From Gnetum montanum (lineage: Eukaryota > Plantae > Gnetophyta): a stretch of DNA of 64,000 nucleotides. Position 1 is the stretch's first letter; every line of letters begins with the position of its first letter. Of the stretch, positions 37,657-51,627 are shown piece by piece. Both the position numbers and the translations under genes were made by a program. The notes beneath the pieces are model-generated. The model worked only from the letters and a program-made list of their open reading frames with translations. It was not told where the DNA came from and made no database searches. The DNA lies in NCBI GenBank assembly GCA_015680685.1, contig MNCI01000310.1:407067-471066 (forward strand). Reading direction: 5' to 3'.

Positions 37657-40600
37657 GAACATCAATGGCTATGCAGAAGTAGATCTTCTCTCCTTTGGTC
37701 CTTATGGAATCTCATGGTGATATCAAGCAATGCATTGAACCACATTGCCTAGACCTTAAGCCTACAACCTATGCCAAATACATAGCATCCATAGAGGCAC
37801 CACTAGACTAACTCAACCATCTTGTCAAGGCTCTTGATCTAGAGGTAGGGGATGTCACAGAGGATTCCCTTATTGAGATTTTCATGGCTACACCTAATGA
37901 TGAGGTGAAAACACTAAATATAAGCTCATTGCTAAAGCCCTAGCATGCCCAAGACATTTCTAAGGTTTTCAATGACAACATCAAGATCTTTGCAAGGTCA
38001 TATGACGAGATGTTAGGCCTAGATCCTTGACTAGTTTATCACAATATCATTCTTGATCCCTGCATTAGACCAATTAAACAGAAAACATGCAAGGTTAGAC
38101 CTAAGGTGGCATTGGTTGTCCATGATGAAATCACCAAGCTTCATAAAGCTGGTTTTATCAAGGCTATTGACTATGCAGATTGGGTCTCCAACATCATAGT
38201 TGTGCCTAAGAAAAATGGAAGTATATGCATTTGCACAGACTTCTGGGACTTAAACAAGGTGACCATCAAAGATGACTTTCAATTGCCCAGTATTGATCAA
38301 TTGATCGATACCACGACTGGACATGCCTTATTATCATTTATGGATGGGTTCTCAGGCTATAACCAAAGTAGGATCAAACCTAAGCACCAACTTAACATAA
38401 CCTTCATGACCCCTTGGGGTATGTTTTGCTATACCATGATATGTTTTGGACTCAAGAATGTAGGAGCAACATATTAATGTGCAATGACATTTATCTTTAG
38501 CAATTACATGCTAATATTTCTCAACAACTCTATTGATGACATCGTAGTTATGTCCAAATTGACCCACAACCATGCAAATGATCTAGACTTAGTGCTTAAA
38601 TGTTGCTTAAAACATGATCTTAGGTTGAACCATCAAAATGGGCCACATGCTTGGTCTTGTAGTATTCGAAGTAAGAATATGCATAGACCTTGACAAGGTT
38701 AAGCCCATAACCAACTTAGCATTGTTGGCCAACCTAAAGAAGCTATGAGGGTTGCAAGGTAGATTATAGTTCATATGTAGGTTTATCACCTAGGTAATTG
38801 ATATGGTACAGTTGATACAACATTTGCTCAAGAAATGAGTCCACTTTGAGTAGATAGCTCAATGCCAACAAGCATATGATAACCTTAAGCAAGAGCTAGC
38901 ACAACTTCCCATCATTCATCCTCTATAAGGAGATAAACCTTTTTACATCTACCTTGCCACTTCTGACACATCCATCACTTCTTTTCTTTTCCAAAAGTAA
39001 GATCATGGCATAGAGGTTTCAATTTACTACTTGAGCCACACATTAGTAGGCCATGAAGTGAAATACAATGATGTGGAAAGGCACTACCTTGCCTTAGTCT
39101 TCTCACTCAAGAAGTGAAGGCATTACCTTTTCTATAGTTAAGTTAATATCATTTGCAAAAACAACATACTTTGGGCAATCATAACAAACATTTACAAAAT
39201 TAGGTGCATTGCATGATGAAAAGTAATAATAGCAAGTTTTGACCTACACTATATTGCTCAAGCCTCAACAAAAGGTAAAGCTATAGACACAGAACTCATG
39301 GCTTCACCGGTAAATGATCAAGCAACCATCAACGTAGAATTCCTAAATGAGCATGTTAACAGCATTAGTCAAGTTCTTAGCAAGTATGAGGTACTTCTAC
39401 ATTTTGACAAAGCTTCAACCTCCCAAGGAGGTAGTGCCACTTCCATTATCATGTTTCCCTCTAGGGAGATCTAACCCTTTGTATATCATTTTGCATTCCC
39501 TTGCACTAACAACATGGTAGAGTATGAAGGTTCCCTCTGAGGTATCCTTCCAACACGCAACTTAGGGATCCAACACATAGCGATCTGATGCAACTCACAA
39601 TTAGTGATCAACCAGGTGACAGAAGCTTACATCTACAAGGTCCAACATTTATAGCCTTAATGTCACTTGGCAAAGCACTTGCTTCAACACTTTGTAATAG
39701 TCGATGTCCAACATATTCCCTACAACAAAAATTCCATAGCCGATGTAGTAGCATAATTAGCCCTAAGCATCACACCTAACATGTTCCACACGTTACCCAC
39801 CTCAGTGGTATATTGCACTATGCCTATCATGTAAATCACTGACATTGCATCCATAGCCATAGTAAGCAAAACCCATGTAGGAGAGTGGTATGATGACATC
39901 AAGGTGTACCTTCTACAAGGTGAGCCTCCGCAACATTTAACTACTATTCAAAAGGACACAGTACATAAAAATTCATGCCAGTAAATCAGTTTAGGTGATA
40001 ACATGTTATGTCATAGATCCTATGATGGCATACTGCTAACTGACAACATTTTGGATTACCCATGATCATAGCAATAGAAAAAGGACCACAATTTAGTAAT
40101 GACAAAACTAAAGCCTTTTGTAAGTGCTTTAGCATTAAGCATTCCTTTTCATCGCTATACTACCCTCAAGTGAATGGCCAAGTGAAAGCCACTAATAAAG
40201 TCATCATCAACCTTCTCAAGAAGATCCTAGGCAATAGCAAACGATGATGTCATGAGCAACTAGTCTATGCACTCTGGGCATACTACACAACACACCAAAC
40301 AGTGATAGGTAAGATGCCTTACAACCTTGTTTATGAGTCTAAAGTAATTTTTCCACTTGAATTACTGGTTCCATCACTCTAGGTAATCCTCTCAAACTTC
40401 ATCGATGAAGCTCAAAACAATGAGTTGAGAATTGTAGACCTCAACTCAATAGAGGAAGAGCACATGCAGGTACTTAATCACATTGAATGGTACCAAGAAA
40501 AGCAAAGGCAAAAGCATTGTCACAACTAGCATTACCACTTGATCAAGAAAGGGGACCTAGTCCTGAAGGCCATTTGTGAACTTGCAGATAAATTCTTAGC

Positions 40601-40727
40601 CAACTAGGAAGGGCCTTTCTTGGTTACTAAGGCCTATGAAAATGGAGCTTTTAAGTTTTCTAATCAAGATGGAAATGAGTTTGCCAATCCAGTGAACCAT
40701 TCATACCTAAAGCCATACTACACTTAG
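37657..40727 (+). pseudogene. Element D pol: RT, RNase H, additional RNase H, integrase (disrupted, internal deletions)
   Basis: WVSNIIVVPKKNG, SFMDGFSGYNQ, FGLKNVGATY, SIDD; FYIYLATSD (RH); LHFDKAS...FPCTNNMVEYEG...SQLVINQV (aRH ~39395-39780); FGLPMII...YYPQVNGQVKATNKVI. The integrase zinc finger and first Asp are missing near 40040. Confidence 0.93.
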
Positions 40728-40769
40728 TATGAAACACCACACATCCATCCAACAAGGTAAGCATACATC

Positions 40770-41290
40770 TAGTATGATGTTAAATAGGCATAGCATTTGT
40801 CCACTATGACATTAAACTAGCACCAAACCTCTCATCTTTAATGACATTAAACTAGCATAGCTCATCCACTACAATGTTAAACTAGAACCCACCCACACAC
40901 TACTCATCCTTGGGTCATGACATTAAACTATCATAGCAACTTGTCTGCTATGGCATTAAACTAGCATAGCATTCATCTGCTATGATGTTAAAATAGCATA
41001 GTAGTTCATCTAGTATGACATTAAACTAGCATAGCTCATTTTCTACAATGTTAAACTAGCACAACTATCTACTATGATGTTAAACTGACATAACATATGT
41101 CTACTATGACGTTAAATTAGCATAGCACACAGTTGCTATGATGCTAAACTAGCATAACATTCATTTACTACAATGCTAAATTGGCACACAGTAGTTCACT
41201 ACGACTATAAACTAGCACACCATGGTCTGTTAGGACCTTAAGCTAGTACGGCTATGATCTACTAAGATCTTAAACTAGGTTTGTGGTTAG
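40770..41290 (+). repeat. 3'-UTR tandem array of element D (~33-36 bp units, ACTATGACATTAAACTAGCA core)
   Basis: About 15 degenerate copies. A further ~75-bp repeat (TTGGAGCACTTGCAACATCA) occurs three times at 41415-41590. Confidence 0.85.
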
Positions 41291-42553
41291 TCATGCATAG
41301 TTCTACAAGCAAGCGACCCTACACTCTCCACCCCCTCCCCCCCNCCACTCTTTTCTACATCATGCAGGTAGGGATACTGTAGTCCCAGAATAGAGCACCT
41401 ATAATCAGCATAACCTTGGGAGCACTTGCAACATCATTGTCCCAAAGCATTTTTCTAGTATTTTTAAGCACTTGCCATCAGTTTAGCCTTTGGAGCACTT
41501 ACAACATCATTGCCCCTAGCTTTTTACTAGTTGTTTAAACACCTACAATTGGTGTAGCATTTGGAGCACTTGTACCATCATCACCCTTGGAACTTTATTT
41601 GCATTTTGTATTTGGTGTTTTTCTTATCTTCTTAGAGTTGTATTTGGAGGATGAAGCTATAGGTCATCATGCAAAGGCACATCTTATCTTAGTGTCAAGT
41701 CATCACATCGCTTCGATGTCAATGATTGAACTAGTTGAGCCTCTTAAGAGTGCACATCCTTGCTACCTTGTTATAGCTTACCTACCTTCATCCTTATGTC
41801 CCAATACTTTTGCATTCCCTTGCATAGACAATACTGCAAACCCTTCTAATGCATACATGCTATGACCACATGGCATCCTCTATAAATCAAACCATTGAAC
41901 CCAAGGTGGAAATAACATAAGTTTTCTTGTGGGGAGACTCTATTGGTTGGTCAAAGCCTAGGTGGATGTAACACAAATCATCTTGGGAAGGAAACACTTA
42001 TCCTATAGAAGCAATGTGGTTTCACAAGCATCAAAGCAAAGTCCATCCAGTGGCATTTAATGCACTTGATGGAAAGCACCCTACAATTAGAATTTAACAA
42101 TGTGTAGAACCCACAGTATGTTTGCTCCATAAAAAAAATCAAAAAAAAAAATCAAAGGGGAAAAAGCATATTCCTAAAGCAATCCAACAGTGCTACAATT
42201 TTGTAATTAGCCTAGCCCTGAATCTACATTGACTCTCTCATGAGCAGCTTGACGAGAGGTCAACATTTTTTAGGGGCAATCCATTTTGGTGCCATGATCA
42301 CTATTAGCCATGCTAACTTTGCATCTTGCATCATGACATCCTATTTGCACTGCATCTTCCCTTTTACCCCTAGCACATTACCTACACCTATCACTCCTAG
42401 CATATTACTACTCATAGCACTCTTGAGCATGATGCAATGATATCCAATTAGGTACTGATGAGTGATGTTGGTTCCAGGCCTGCTATGGTGTTTTGTTATT
42501 CTTTATTGACATCTCTCAGACCACTCCTCTAGATGTCAACAAAGAAGGACTAA

Positions 42554-44058
42554 TGAAACACCACCAAATTTGGGCTATAGTGTCTTGACTAAAAATTTTC
42601 CTAAGTGCTAGCACAAGGCCACTTTCTAGAAAATTTTCTAAGTGCTGGGACTATACTCTCCACTACCCTAGAGCATAGTTAGCCTAGTGGAGAGTGTAGT
42701 TAGCTCTAGAAACTAATTTTTTGTAATTTTTTTTAAGTGTCATCACGAAGCAAGAAGCTATAGATTTTTCTAAGTGTTGGGACTACACTCTCCGCTATCC
42801 CATACTGTAGTCAGCTTAGTAGAGAGCATAGTTAACATAAAGGAAAATTTTGTAATTTTTTCTAAGTGTTAAGCTAGCCATTGTAGATTCTTCTAAGTGT
42901 TGAGACTATGCTCTCTATTACCTTGAAGCATAGTCAAGTGTAGATAGCATGAAGGCTCAATTTTATAGAAATTTCTCTAAGTGTTGAGACTACACTCTCC
43001 ATTGCCCCAAAGCATAGTCAAGTGTAGTCAGCATAAAGCCTTAGTTTTGTAGATTTTTTCAAATTGTTTAGACTACACTCTCCATAGCTTGGAGTGTAGT
43101 TAAGCATAGTTAACTAGAAGCACATTTCTATAAGTTTTGACAAGTGCTAAGACTATGCTCACCCCCAGTCAGGAGCATAATTAGCCTCTCATGGAGGGCA
43201 TAGTTAGCACATAGCCATTTTTGCAAAATGTTTCTAAGCATGGTACTATGTTGTTCCCCAGTCTAGAGTGTAGTTAAGCATAGTTAGCTAAAATAGCCTC
43301 TGAAGGCCTTCACAATGCAGCACTGACATTCAACTTAGCTCCAACACACCTTCAGCAAGCGTAGTTAGCATAATGCATTTTTATTGTATTTCTTTTTATC
43401 CCAAAAATTGTAACTACACTCGACCCCACACAAGATAGTGGAGAGTGTAGTCTCCAAAGTTGCATTTTTTCAAGCAAGTTTGCACAACACCATAGCTCAC
43501 CACAGGACACCGTAGCCCACTACACACTATGGTGGCCAACTTGGTAGGCATAGACACCATTGCAAAATGTCAGTCTTCATGGCCAAACACTCCTAAGACT
43601 ATGACTATGCTATCCACTATGTCTGTTGTACACTACATACCTTCTCACCCCTTTTAGAGTTAACTACACTCAATCCCACTTGGGGTGGTGTTCTGTTCAG
43701 TTTCGCTCTCTTTATACACATTTTCAGCATTTTTAGTTGCATTTTTGGCATTTTACTTGCATTTACTATTATTTTCATGCATAGTTGTGCTTGCGTAGTT
43801 GTTCCCACATGTTGGCACCTCCATTTTATGCTAAAACCCTTGACTATGCTCACCCTTGTTAACACTACTGACACTGTTGACACTAAGCAAACACATAGCA
43901 TCATTTTTCATTGCATTTGATAAGTTCCCATTCAATTGACAAGACCATTTAGGGCATCCCATATCTACCTCTAGCATGCCCTTGCATGAATTCAAGGTTA
44001 GGATTTTGTACCACTGGACTCCTCGATGTTCCAATTGCCAACATTTTTAATCACTACA
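42554..44058 (+). repeat. 3' LTR of element D (lacks ~320 bp present in the 5' LTR)
   Basis: TGAAACACC...CACTACA; collinear with 25301-27106 except for the missing equivalent of ~26229-26547. Confidence 0.88.
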
Positions 44059-44063
44059 TCCAT

Positions 44064-44267
44064 TCCATGCCAACATAACCTTTAAGCATGGGTATAAATT
44101 CTTTAGGTCAAATCCACCTCAAGAGACATGTTTGTTATTACAATGTGCCCTTTTGGGTCTTAATTACAATTGCTCTTTTGGGTCTTGTTATGATAACCAT
44201 AAAACTTGTTATGAAGAAGAACCATCTTCATTATGTAGTACCATCATTTGACAATGGGGATGTGACA
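44064..44267 (-). repeat. 5' LTR of element B, part 2
   Basis: Collinear with ~9318-9530; ends GGGGATGTGACA. Confidence 0.85.
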
Positions 44268-45873
44268 CTCAGAGTTGTGAGCTCTTCTTGAAGTCTATGA
44301 AATTCATTCTATGCATGCTCCACCTTGGTTTCTACCATGACCAGTTTAACCTTAGTTGCTATTAATTCTGAATACACTGTAGTGACATCACTTAGGATGT
44401 TGAAAAGAGTTATTTGACTTGTCTAGTCAATAGTAGTTGAATTAGCACATATTCAGCATCACTGACTTCTATTAGATTCACTGGTAACATAATAGGTATA
44501 TTAAAGGATTCTTTGATGTGATCCATGATCACTTCTACTGCTCTTGTTACATACTAGTGCTATGTAACCATGACTATGGCTCCTTCTCTAGTTTAAAGCA
44601 CCACTTGGAAAGATGCATTGTTTCCATTAATCTATTATGCTCATTGGGCCTCTCTTCCTAATTGTAATGATTTGTCCATTGACAAGCTTTGTGGAAACTT
44701 TTGGCTAAATGGCATTGTTAATAACTCTATAGAGGTTGGCCTCCTCACACATTTCCCAATTGATGGTCTCTACAATTTGTTGCAAATGACTCATGAATGG
44801 CCTGTAATCCCATAGCAACGGTGGTGGAACTTGTTGATGCTATTTTTCTTGCTGCTACTATTGGTGTTTCTCTTGCTACTACAAATACTGACCACCAGGT
44901 CCTACTTCTTGTTGTTATTTAGTAGTTTGTGTGGTTTTCCTAGCATCTATATATTCTTCCACCTAATATTTCTTTGGTAGTGCTGGCCTAAGCATTTCAT
45001 CATATGAGGCATTTTGAGCCTTCCTAAGAATGTCATTGATATACACTAAGATTCTAGCACTGCACAACTTCTTAATTAGGCATGAGAATGGAAGTATCGA
45101 CTTCCCATTTTTCTTTTCTTCAAACCACCTTTGGATCGACATGAAATAGAGTTGTGTTAGGTTTGAATTATACTTTCCCATTAGAATCACACTTCCTTTG
45201 ATTGCATATGTGGATAGCCTATTTAATATTTTGGTGGGAAACAAGTGATATGTGTCAATTTTAAAATAGACTTTCTCTTCTAAAGTTAGCTCATTATACT
45301 CCTTGTCTTCTTTGCCATATGTTCTTTTTAACCACAGTTTTCTTGTTTCTATGTCTAATATTGTGGATAGATGTGCTACTTTTGCTCCTTCATTAGGGTC
45401 TCAACTATTGGCTTGACTAAATATGATATAGAGACTCCCTTGATGTTGACCATTGCATCTTCTTCTTTGTTATGCTAGAATTGATAGGTCTCCCCTAGAT
45501 AGCATTCTCCACTATTTGAAAGATGAGTCATAGCAGTGATGCTTGGAGTTACATCTTTACTACTTTTGGAATGAATTTCATGAATGAAGAAAAGTTCATC
45601 TCCACAATTATTGTGGTCAAGAGCATCTTCTCTTGGATAATATGGAGGAATTTTTGTGATAGCGTGAGGCATTTTCCTTATGCTTGCAATTGTTTTGCCT
45701 TTACCTAGGCTAAATGTTTGATAGTAGGATTTTCCTGATGGATGCTAAAAAATTGAGACTCCTACTCTACATGTTCTACTTATGGTCCTTGTTATCTAGT
45801 TCGTTCCCTTAGCCTTGTGATCTCTTGCTTGTAGGCTATGAGGCTCCTCCTGTTGCTCCTCTCTTTGGGACAT
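44268..45873 (-). pseudogene. N-terminal half of the extra (env-position) ORF of element A
   Basis: Includes ORFs 45475-45672 and 44963-45244 (…GKSILPFSCLIKKLC…), resembling plant retroelement extra-ORF domains. Continues in frame at 8949. The start is approximate. Confidence 0.6.
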
Positions 45874-48499
45874 ATACAATCATCAAGGATATAGGAATGA
45901 TTAAAATATTTTCCATGATCTTTAATAACTCCTTTTCTTTCTCATACCTTTAACCAAATCAAATTTTTAGCTTATAATGATTGCAAAGTTAGAAAAATGT
46001 TCAAAATGAAACCCCATAGCTATTAGTCTTCTAATAACTCTTCATAGTTGTCCATTTTGTTCTTGTTTATGGTTCATAATGGTTGTTATGATTCAATAAG
46101 AGGATTATTTAAGTGTTTATGGCATTAATGTGATTAAATTTTGTTAAAACATTTCAAGTCTTCCTTCATACTTACCCTTATAATATCCTCTAGGCATTAG
46201 AAAATTTTGACTCAAATGATAACAATATCATACTAAGCACCCCTCCATGACTAAGTTCAGAACTCTGGGATCAACAAGGTTTAAGAATCATGAAAATTGG
46301 AGTTGTGAGACTAGAGTTATGGGCATTGGAAGTTGGGAGGTTAGAGGTTAGAACTCAAAAGAAAAATTGGCAAAAACTCCCTTCACTCAAATGTGAAAAA
46401 TGAAAATTTTTGCTAATTCCCCACCTATACATAGTTTTTGTGGGCTCCGATATTGGAGATTTGATATTGGAGGTTTGATATTAGAGGGGCTTAGAGGCAA
46501 AATTTTCAATTTTTCCATTGACTTTTCATAAAAAAAAAATGAGTCATTTTGAATGTTTGGAAGGTACAAAGTTTAAAGTGTCTTGGACTAAGAATGATGC
46601 ATATTTTTTGAAAATTTGGCATAGAAAGTTCATCAAGAAGGAATCTGAGGCTATGAAAATTCATGAAGTGTTGATAAGATGGATGAGATGGGTAATGAGT
46701 TCCTATTTTATGAATGGAGATATTGAATGATGAGGGAAATTAATACTAATGTTTATTATTTTTGGAAGGATCAAGATGATGTGGAATCACTTAGCAGGTA
46801 TAAGATACAATAATTATACAAGTGGATCCTCCCCAAAGTAGGCTCTAGCCCTTAATGCCTGTGTATAACCATATTGAAAAGTTTCCGTAGGCACTTAAGG
46901 AGTTGAATGTAACACATACCTATTTAGCAAAACACACATGTTAGTATCACCAAGTCTAGAAAATCATGCTATGTTATAAAAAACTACAAGTTATGATTAT
47001 TCATACAGTGAGATGAAATGGACTTAGAAGGGATTACAGAAATCAAGACATGAGGTGTCTTACCATAAGCATAATAAATTCTTTGTGTTTTATTACTTGT
47101 TAAGGTAATATTTAGCCTTTATATCTAGGATTCAAACCAAGTCCATACCACATTCTAGTGACATCGCATTGTTTTATATCTTAGAATTATGATTGCAAGA
47201 CTACCATTATTGCAAGAAGTATCATCACTTAGCGTATTGTCCAAGGGAGGAGTTTATTCATTGCACTTTTTATTTTTTAAATTCTTGAGCAGTCGCCTAC
47301 ATTCACACATGGGTAACATGTCTTTCCAATGGGACCCCTAGAAATTTATTCTATGCATGAGCTTTGTTTTTGTTTATGTTAGCCTTACCAAAGGACTACC
47401 TTCAAGCATGGATAACATGTCTTTCTAGTGACATGGTAATGCAACACTTATTTTACTCTTACTTTCATTTTTTGTTAGATCTATAAGGAGATAATACAAC
47501 CTAAGCAATATAATAGAACTCACAATAGTAGTCAAAGAGATTCCACAAATCCCCTTGATGTCACACCCTTTACATTTCCACTTGGTTCTTCACTTTTCAG
47601 TCCAAGCATATTGATCACAAGTTTATTGTTAGTTGTATGATGGGAAGAATATCATTATGGCCATGGTAAGAACCTCTTATTAATGAAATGAATGGATGAA
47701 TGTAGTGGTCTCACTATTCAAATAATTAGTCCTTTATGATTTGATAACATAGAGAATTCTTCACCTTATTGGACTACATCTTACCTTATTCTTAATGTGT
47801 TTTGTTAACAATCAAAATTATTTACAAAATTTATGAAAACAAGGTATGAAAAAGATTGTAAGAATTGGAAAAATATGTAAATAATGAAAAATGTTAAAGA
47901 ATATCAAAAATTTAAGAAATGAAAAAGTATAAAAGAATGGAAAAAAATGTAGTAGAAATGTGAAAAGGTATATCAAGAAATTAGAAATTAAAAATAATTT
48001 TAAGAAAAAAAATTGAAAAATACTTTTTAATTCTTGAATCAAGATAAGGCATCTCCCCCATGACTAAACTCATGGGCAAGTGTTTGAAAAATGCACCCTA
48101 GTTCCCCTGGATCATACACTTAAGGTTTTGTACTTCCCAATCTTAGTGATTTAGTTTTTCTATTATCATCCCATATAATTGTGATGATAATTAAATTTTT
48201 ATCATCTAAGTCCTTAGTTCCTGTTTCTATTGGTGTATGATTGTGGTTTAATATTTCCATTTGTAAATTTTTAGTTGTGTTCATTTTCTTAGAATGGGAA
48301 TTAACAAGTGGTTTAGATTGTTCCATGCATGTTTTGGACAAGTGAAATTTCTTAGTTCTTGGCCACTAGATGTGTTTTGATTTGGTGATCCATGCTCTTC
48401 TTTTACACACATTTATTTTTCATTATTGTCATGAACTGGTGTAATGACTGTGTTCACATTCTGGAAGGTTGGTCCAAAATTGCACCCATCTTTATCAGT

Positions 48500-50620
48500 A
48501 GTAATGCATGGAATCTTTTGTTAATGTATGGATCCTTATTTGTCTTCCTTAGAGATGTCAATATAAAAGTCTCTCATGTTTAACTTAGCATCCACCATAC
48601 TAAGCCATGCCCTCCCCATGATAATTGGAAATTCCTTGTCTTCATTTTTCATATCGATTACCAAAAAGTCTACTAGATAAGATCACTCATTGACAGTGGT
48701 GATTACATCATCTATCTATTCAAAGGAATGGTGATAGATTGATCTATAAGCTCTAACTGGATATTGCACTTCCTTAAGGATGGTAGGTTTCATGCTTGAT
48801 ATGTTTTGTAAGAGATCAAATTGACCCTAGAACCTTAGTCTAGTAGAGCTTTGCATGGCAACTTTCTAGCTACTCGTAGATAAATCAAATGAACTCTTAA
48901 ATCAATTATTTTCTTAGGAAGTGATTTTGCCTTTATCTAGTTTATGACTATTTCTGTGAGCATGATAGTTTGCATGTTTGTGTTTGATGATGATGGAAGC
49001 TTGTTTTTGGTAAGAGAATGGTAGGAGAAGTTGGTCTTGATGGAGTCCTAATTCTACCAGACTTTGTAGGAATTCTCCTAAAGAAAGGACATTTCTTTGA
49101 TTAGTCCTTAGTGCTATTGGTAAGATCCTCTATCTATATACTTATTGCCGTTGAAGCTTTCCTTTGTTGTGGTTGTGATGAAAATTCCCCTTGCATGATA
49201 AGAGGTGGCACTAGTAGTAAAGGATGAGTTGGATTTGATGAATCGATTACTTGTGGATGCATGTATGAATTTGGATCTTTCCTGGTGTTGGTATATGGTA
49301 CTTAGGTGGATAGTACTATGGAGTTTGAACAATTGCATTTGCTAATAAGATTGGTCATTGAATGTAGTACCCATAAGGATCAAGTTGCCAATATGGGTAC
49401 TATTGCCATGGTGGTGGTAGGGCCCATGATTGGGGTTGTTGCCACTGCTGATGGTACTGCTCCTATGGCTATGGATAGGCTTAATTGGGTATGTTGGTTG
49501 GAAGGTTTGCTTATAGTTACCTTGAGGAAAAGGTAACCTTTTAGACATTTTTTTCTTAACAAATCTAAGATTAAGTGCATATGCCTCCATTTCCTATGAA
49601 CATGCCATTACTGGAAAACATCCCTTGGGATGTTCATACTGACACATGGCACATCCTTTCTCATCAAGTGAGCTTGTGTTTGAACACTTAGCCACTGAAG
49701 CCACTTTGCCCTTTTGTCCAAAATCTTTCTTTTTCATATCACTTCCTTTTCTAGAGGCATGCTCTATACTCTCTTTCATAATTTTCAATGTTTTTACAAA
49801 GTTTTCATCTACTAAGTCCCATATTTTCTCTACCTTTGCTATAATATTATTCATAGTTTTCTAAGTTGGTAGAGTATTCTTTTGAATTACCTATTCTAAG
49901 ATTTCTTCCTCTTGAGTGTCACAAACTTATGCATCTCTTTTTTCTGATGGATGGATCTTTGTTATATTCTTTAGCTGATTCTCTCTTTCTTATCTTATCT
50001 TCTTTCTTTGCCTCTTGGTCAATCAATCTTTGAATTCAATGAATAGTCATTTCAGATAATTATCCTTGGGCATAAATCCCAAGGGTCTCTTTAGTCTTGT
50101 TCCTTAACCCATCTACAATGTGACTTAGTTGCTCCTGTTGTGAGAATCCATGGCCTAGGCATCTATACAGTAGTGAATAGTGCCCACCCATTACCACATC
50201 AAGGGTTTCATGAGTTCCTTGCTTCCGTGCTTGGATTTTTTTCCCTTAAGTTAGACACCCATGAGTGAGTTTGATGCTTGTCATTGAAGATCTCTAGCAT
50301 GGTACTCCATCTTCTAATTGACTCAGGTTTGAGTGATCTATACCAACTCTCTACCTCTTTCACAACTATTCATGGGAACAACTTCAACTTTTGCAAGTCA
50401 CATTCAATATTTTGTAGGATGTAGGCATCATGAAAAGCTTAGAGGTAATGTTGTGGATTAGCATTATAACCACCCTCAAATCTTGGCATGTTATTCATAT
50501 CAAGTCATTTGATACAACCATTCCTCACATGCTTGGTTAACATGTAAATAATTTCCTAGATGTTAATCATACTACAAGTTGCCATTATGGGTCCATCATC
50601 AATGTCGGGTTTGTGTGCTC
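48500..50620 (-). pseudogene. Element A gag and aspartic protease (disrupted)
   Basis: MPRFEGGYNANPQHYL*AF...KLKLFP...ESWYRSLKPESIRRW (gag); CAMCQYEHPKGC (knuckle); KALLD*GSRVNLIS and FPIIMGRAWL (Athila-type protease). Confidence 0.85.
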
Positions 50621-51608
50621 TATTGTAGAGGTGCCTCCTTCTATGCTCATCCCTTTCATAATCTTCTCTTTAATCCCTACATCTTCTTTGTTCATAACTT
50701 TCATCTTTGTCATATGAATATCTTAGGTGATAGTCATGATGATCATGAGTCCTTCTCACATTTTTGTTACATTCTTGGTGCCTTAGCCTCCTCTATCAAA
50801 TAACACCGATGATCATGAGCATGAGGATGAGGATGAGGTAGTAGTAGAATGATGTCAGCTTATCCTCCTTTCATGACTCTAGTATTTTTCTCTGTAGGAG
50901 CTGGTAGAAACTCTTAGCCTTGAGTCCTACTTATACCTTAATTCAATAGTCTCCCTCTTAGGTGTCTCTATTAGGATGGAATACAGTTGAACTTTGGTAG
51001 GTTCCTCAAGTTTGTGATAACTATTTTTGAAGGCTCTTCATGATTCTAGTGGAGTTGTTTTATAATATATGCATTGACATTGAGTTCTTCCAAAATAACA
51101 GAAGTGTTAACCTACTTCCCTTTGTTGTGTACATGTTTAATTCCCATGGTAGCATCTCTCCTCATTTTCTCCTTTGTGAGTTTAAAGGGCCTTTCCATGT
51201 GCTTAGTCACATAATACCCTTCCTATATTTGGTTCAAATTCATTTCTCTTAAGGTAATGTGAAGCATATTAAGTGCTGCACAATCTGGAGGCAAGAATAT
51301 GTTGTCTTATATGTCTATCCATCTCATTTGACTATCCTGATGAAACATGAAAGTAACATTTAGATGATAAGGATCAACATGAACATCTATGATTCTTATT
51401 TCAATCGACATCCCTCATTCTTCTTCATCACTAATTCTATCATTGTCTCTTTTAATATGCTTGGTAGGTGATGAGGTATCCTTGTTTGAAGATATGTTGT
51501 GGTTTAAGTTGTTTGTTTAAGTGTGCTTATTTTAGAGTTATGAGTTTTAACTTTGAATTCTGATACAACAAACTTTGTGAAATCAATTACTCAGCATACA
51601 TTAACTAG

Positions 51609-51627
51609 TTCTTGACAATGGAACCAA
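51609..51627 (-). other. Primer binding site of element A (degenerate Athila/tRNA-Asp type)
   Basis: Minus strand TTGGTTCCATTGTCAAGAA versus TTGGCGCCGTTGCCGGGGA; differences are mostly C>T and G>A. Confidence 0.65.

Larger units (their letters stand above)
25301..44058 (+). mobile_element. Element D: Tat/Ogre-like Ty3/gypsy LTR retrotransposon (18.8 kb) inserted into the 5' LTR of B
   Basis: LTRs 25301-27106 and 42554-44058. TSD GCCAT/TCCAT; removing D restores the B LTR. PBS TAGCGCTAGAAGGAGGG; PPT CAAAGAAGGACTAA. Domain order gag-PR-[6.4 kb]-RT-RH-aRH-INT. Confidence 0.9.
8955..44267 (-). mobile_element. Element B: non-autonomous chromovirus (Tekay-like) LTR element carrying a CCR4-like ORF; about 5.6 kb after removing C and D
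   Basis: LTR 8955-9530 (TGTGACATCCC...GGGAATGTGACA) matches the split copy 24953-25300 + 44064-44267. TSD CTCAA (8950-8954) / CTCAG (44268-44272). Met-type PBS; PPT preceded by CGAGGAC as in Tekay elements. Confidence 0.85.

Noticed and set aside
40770-41290. CRISPR-like repeat-spacer array (also 31570-31900)
   Set aside because: Degenerate tandem units without unique spacers, in a plant retrotransposon context, with no cas genes.
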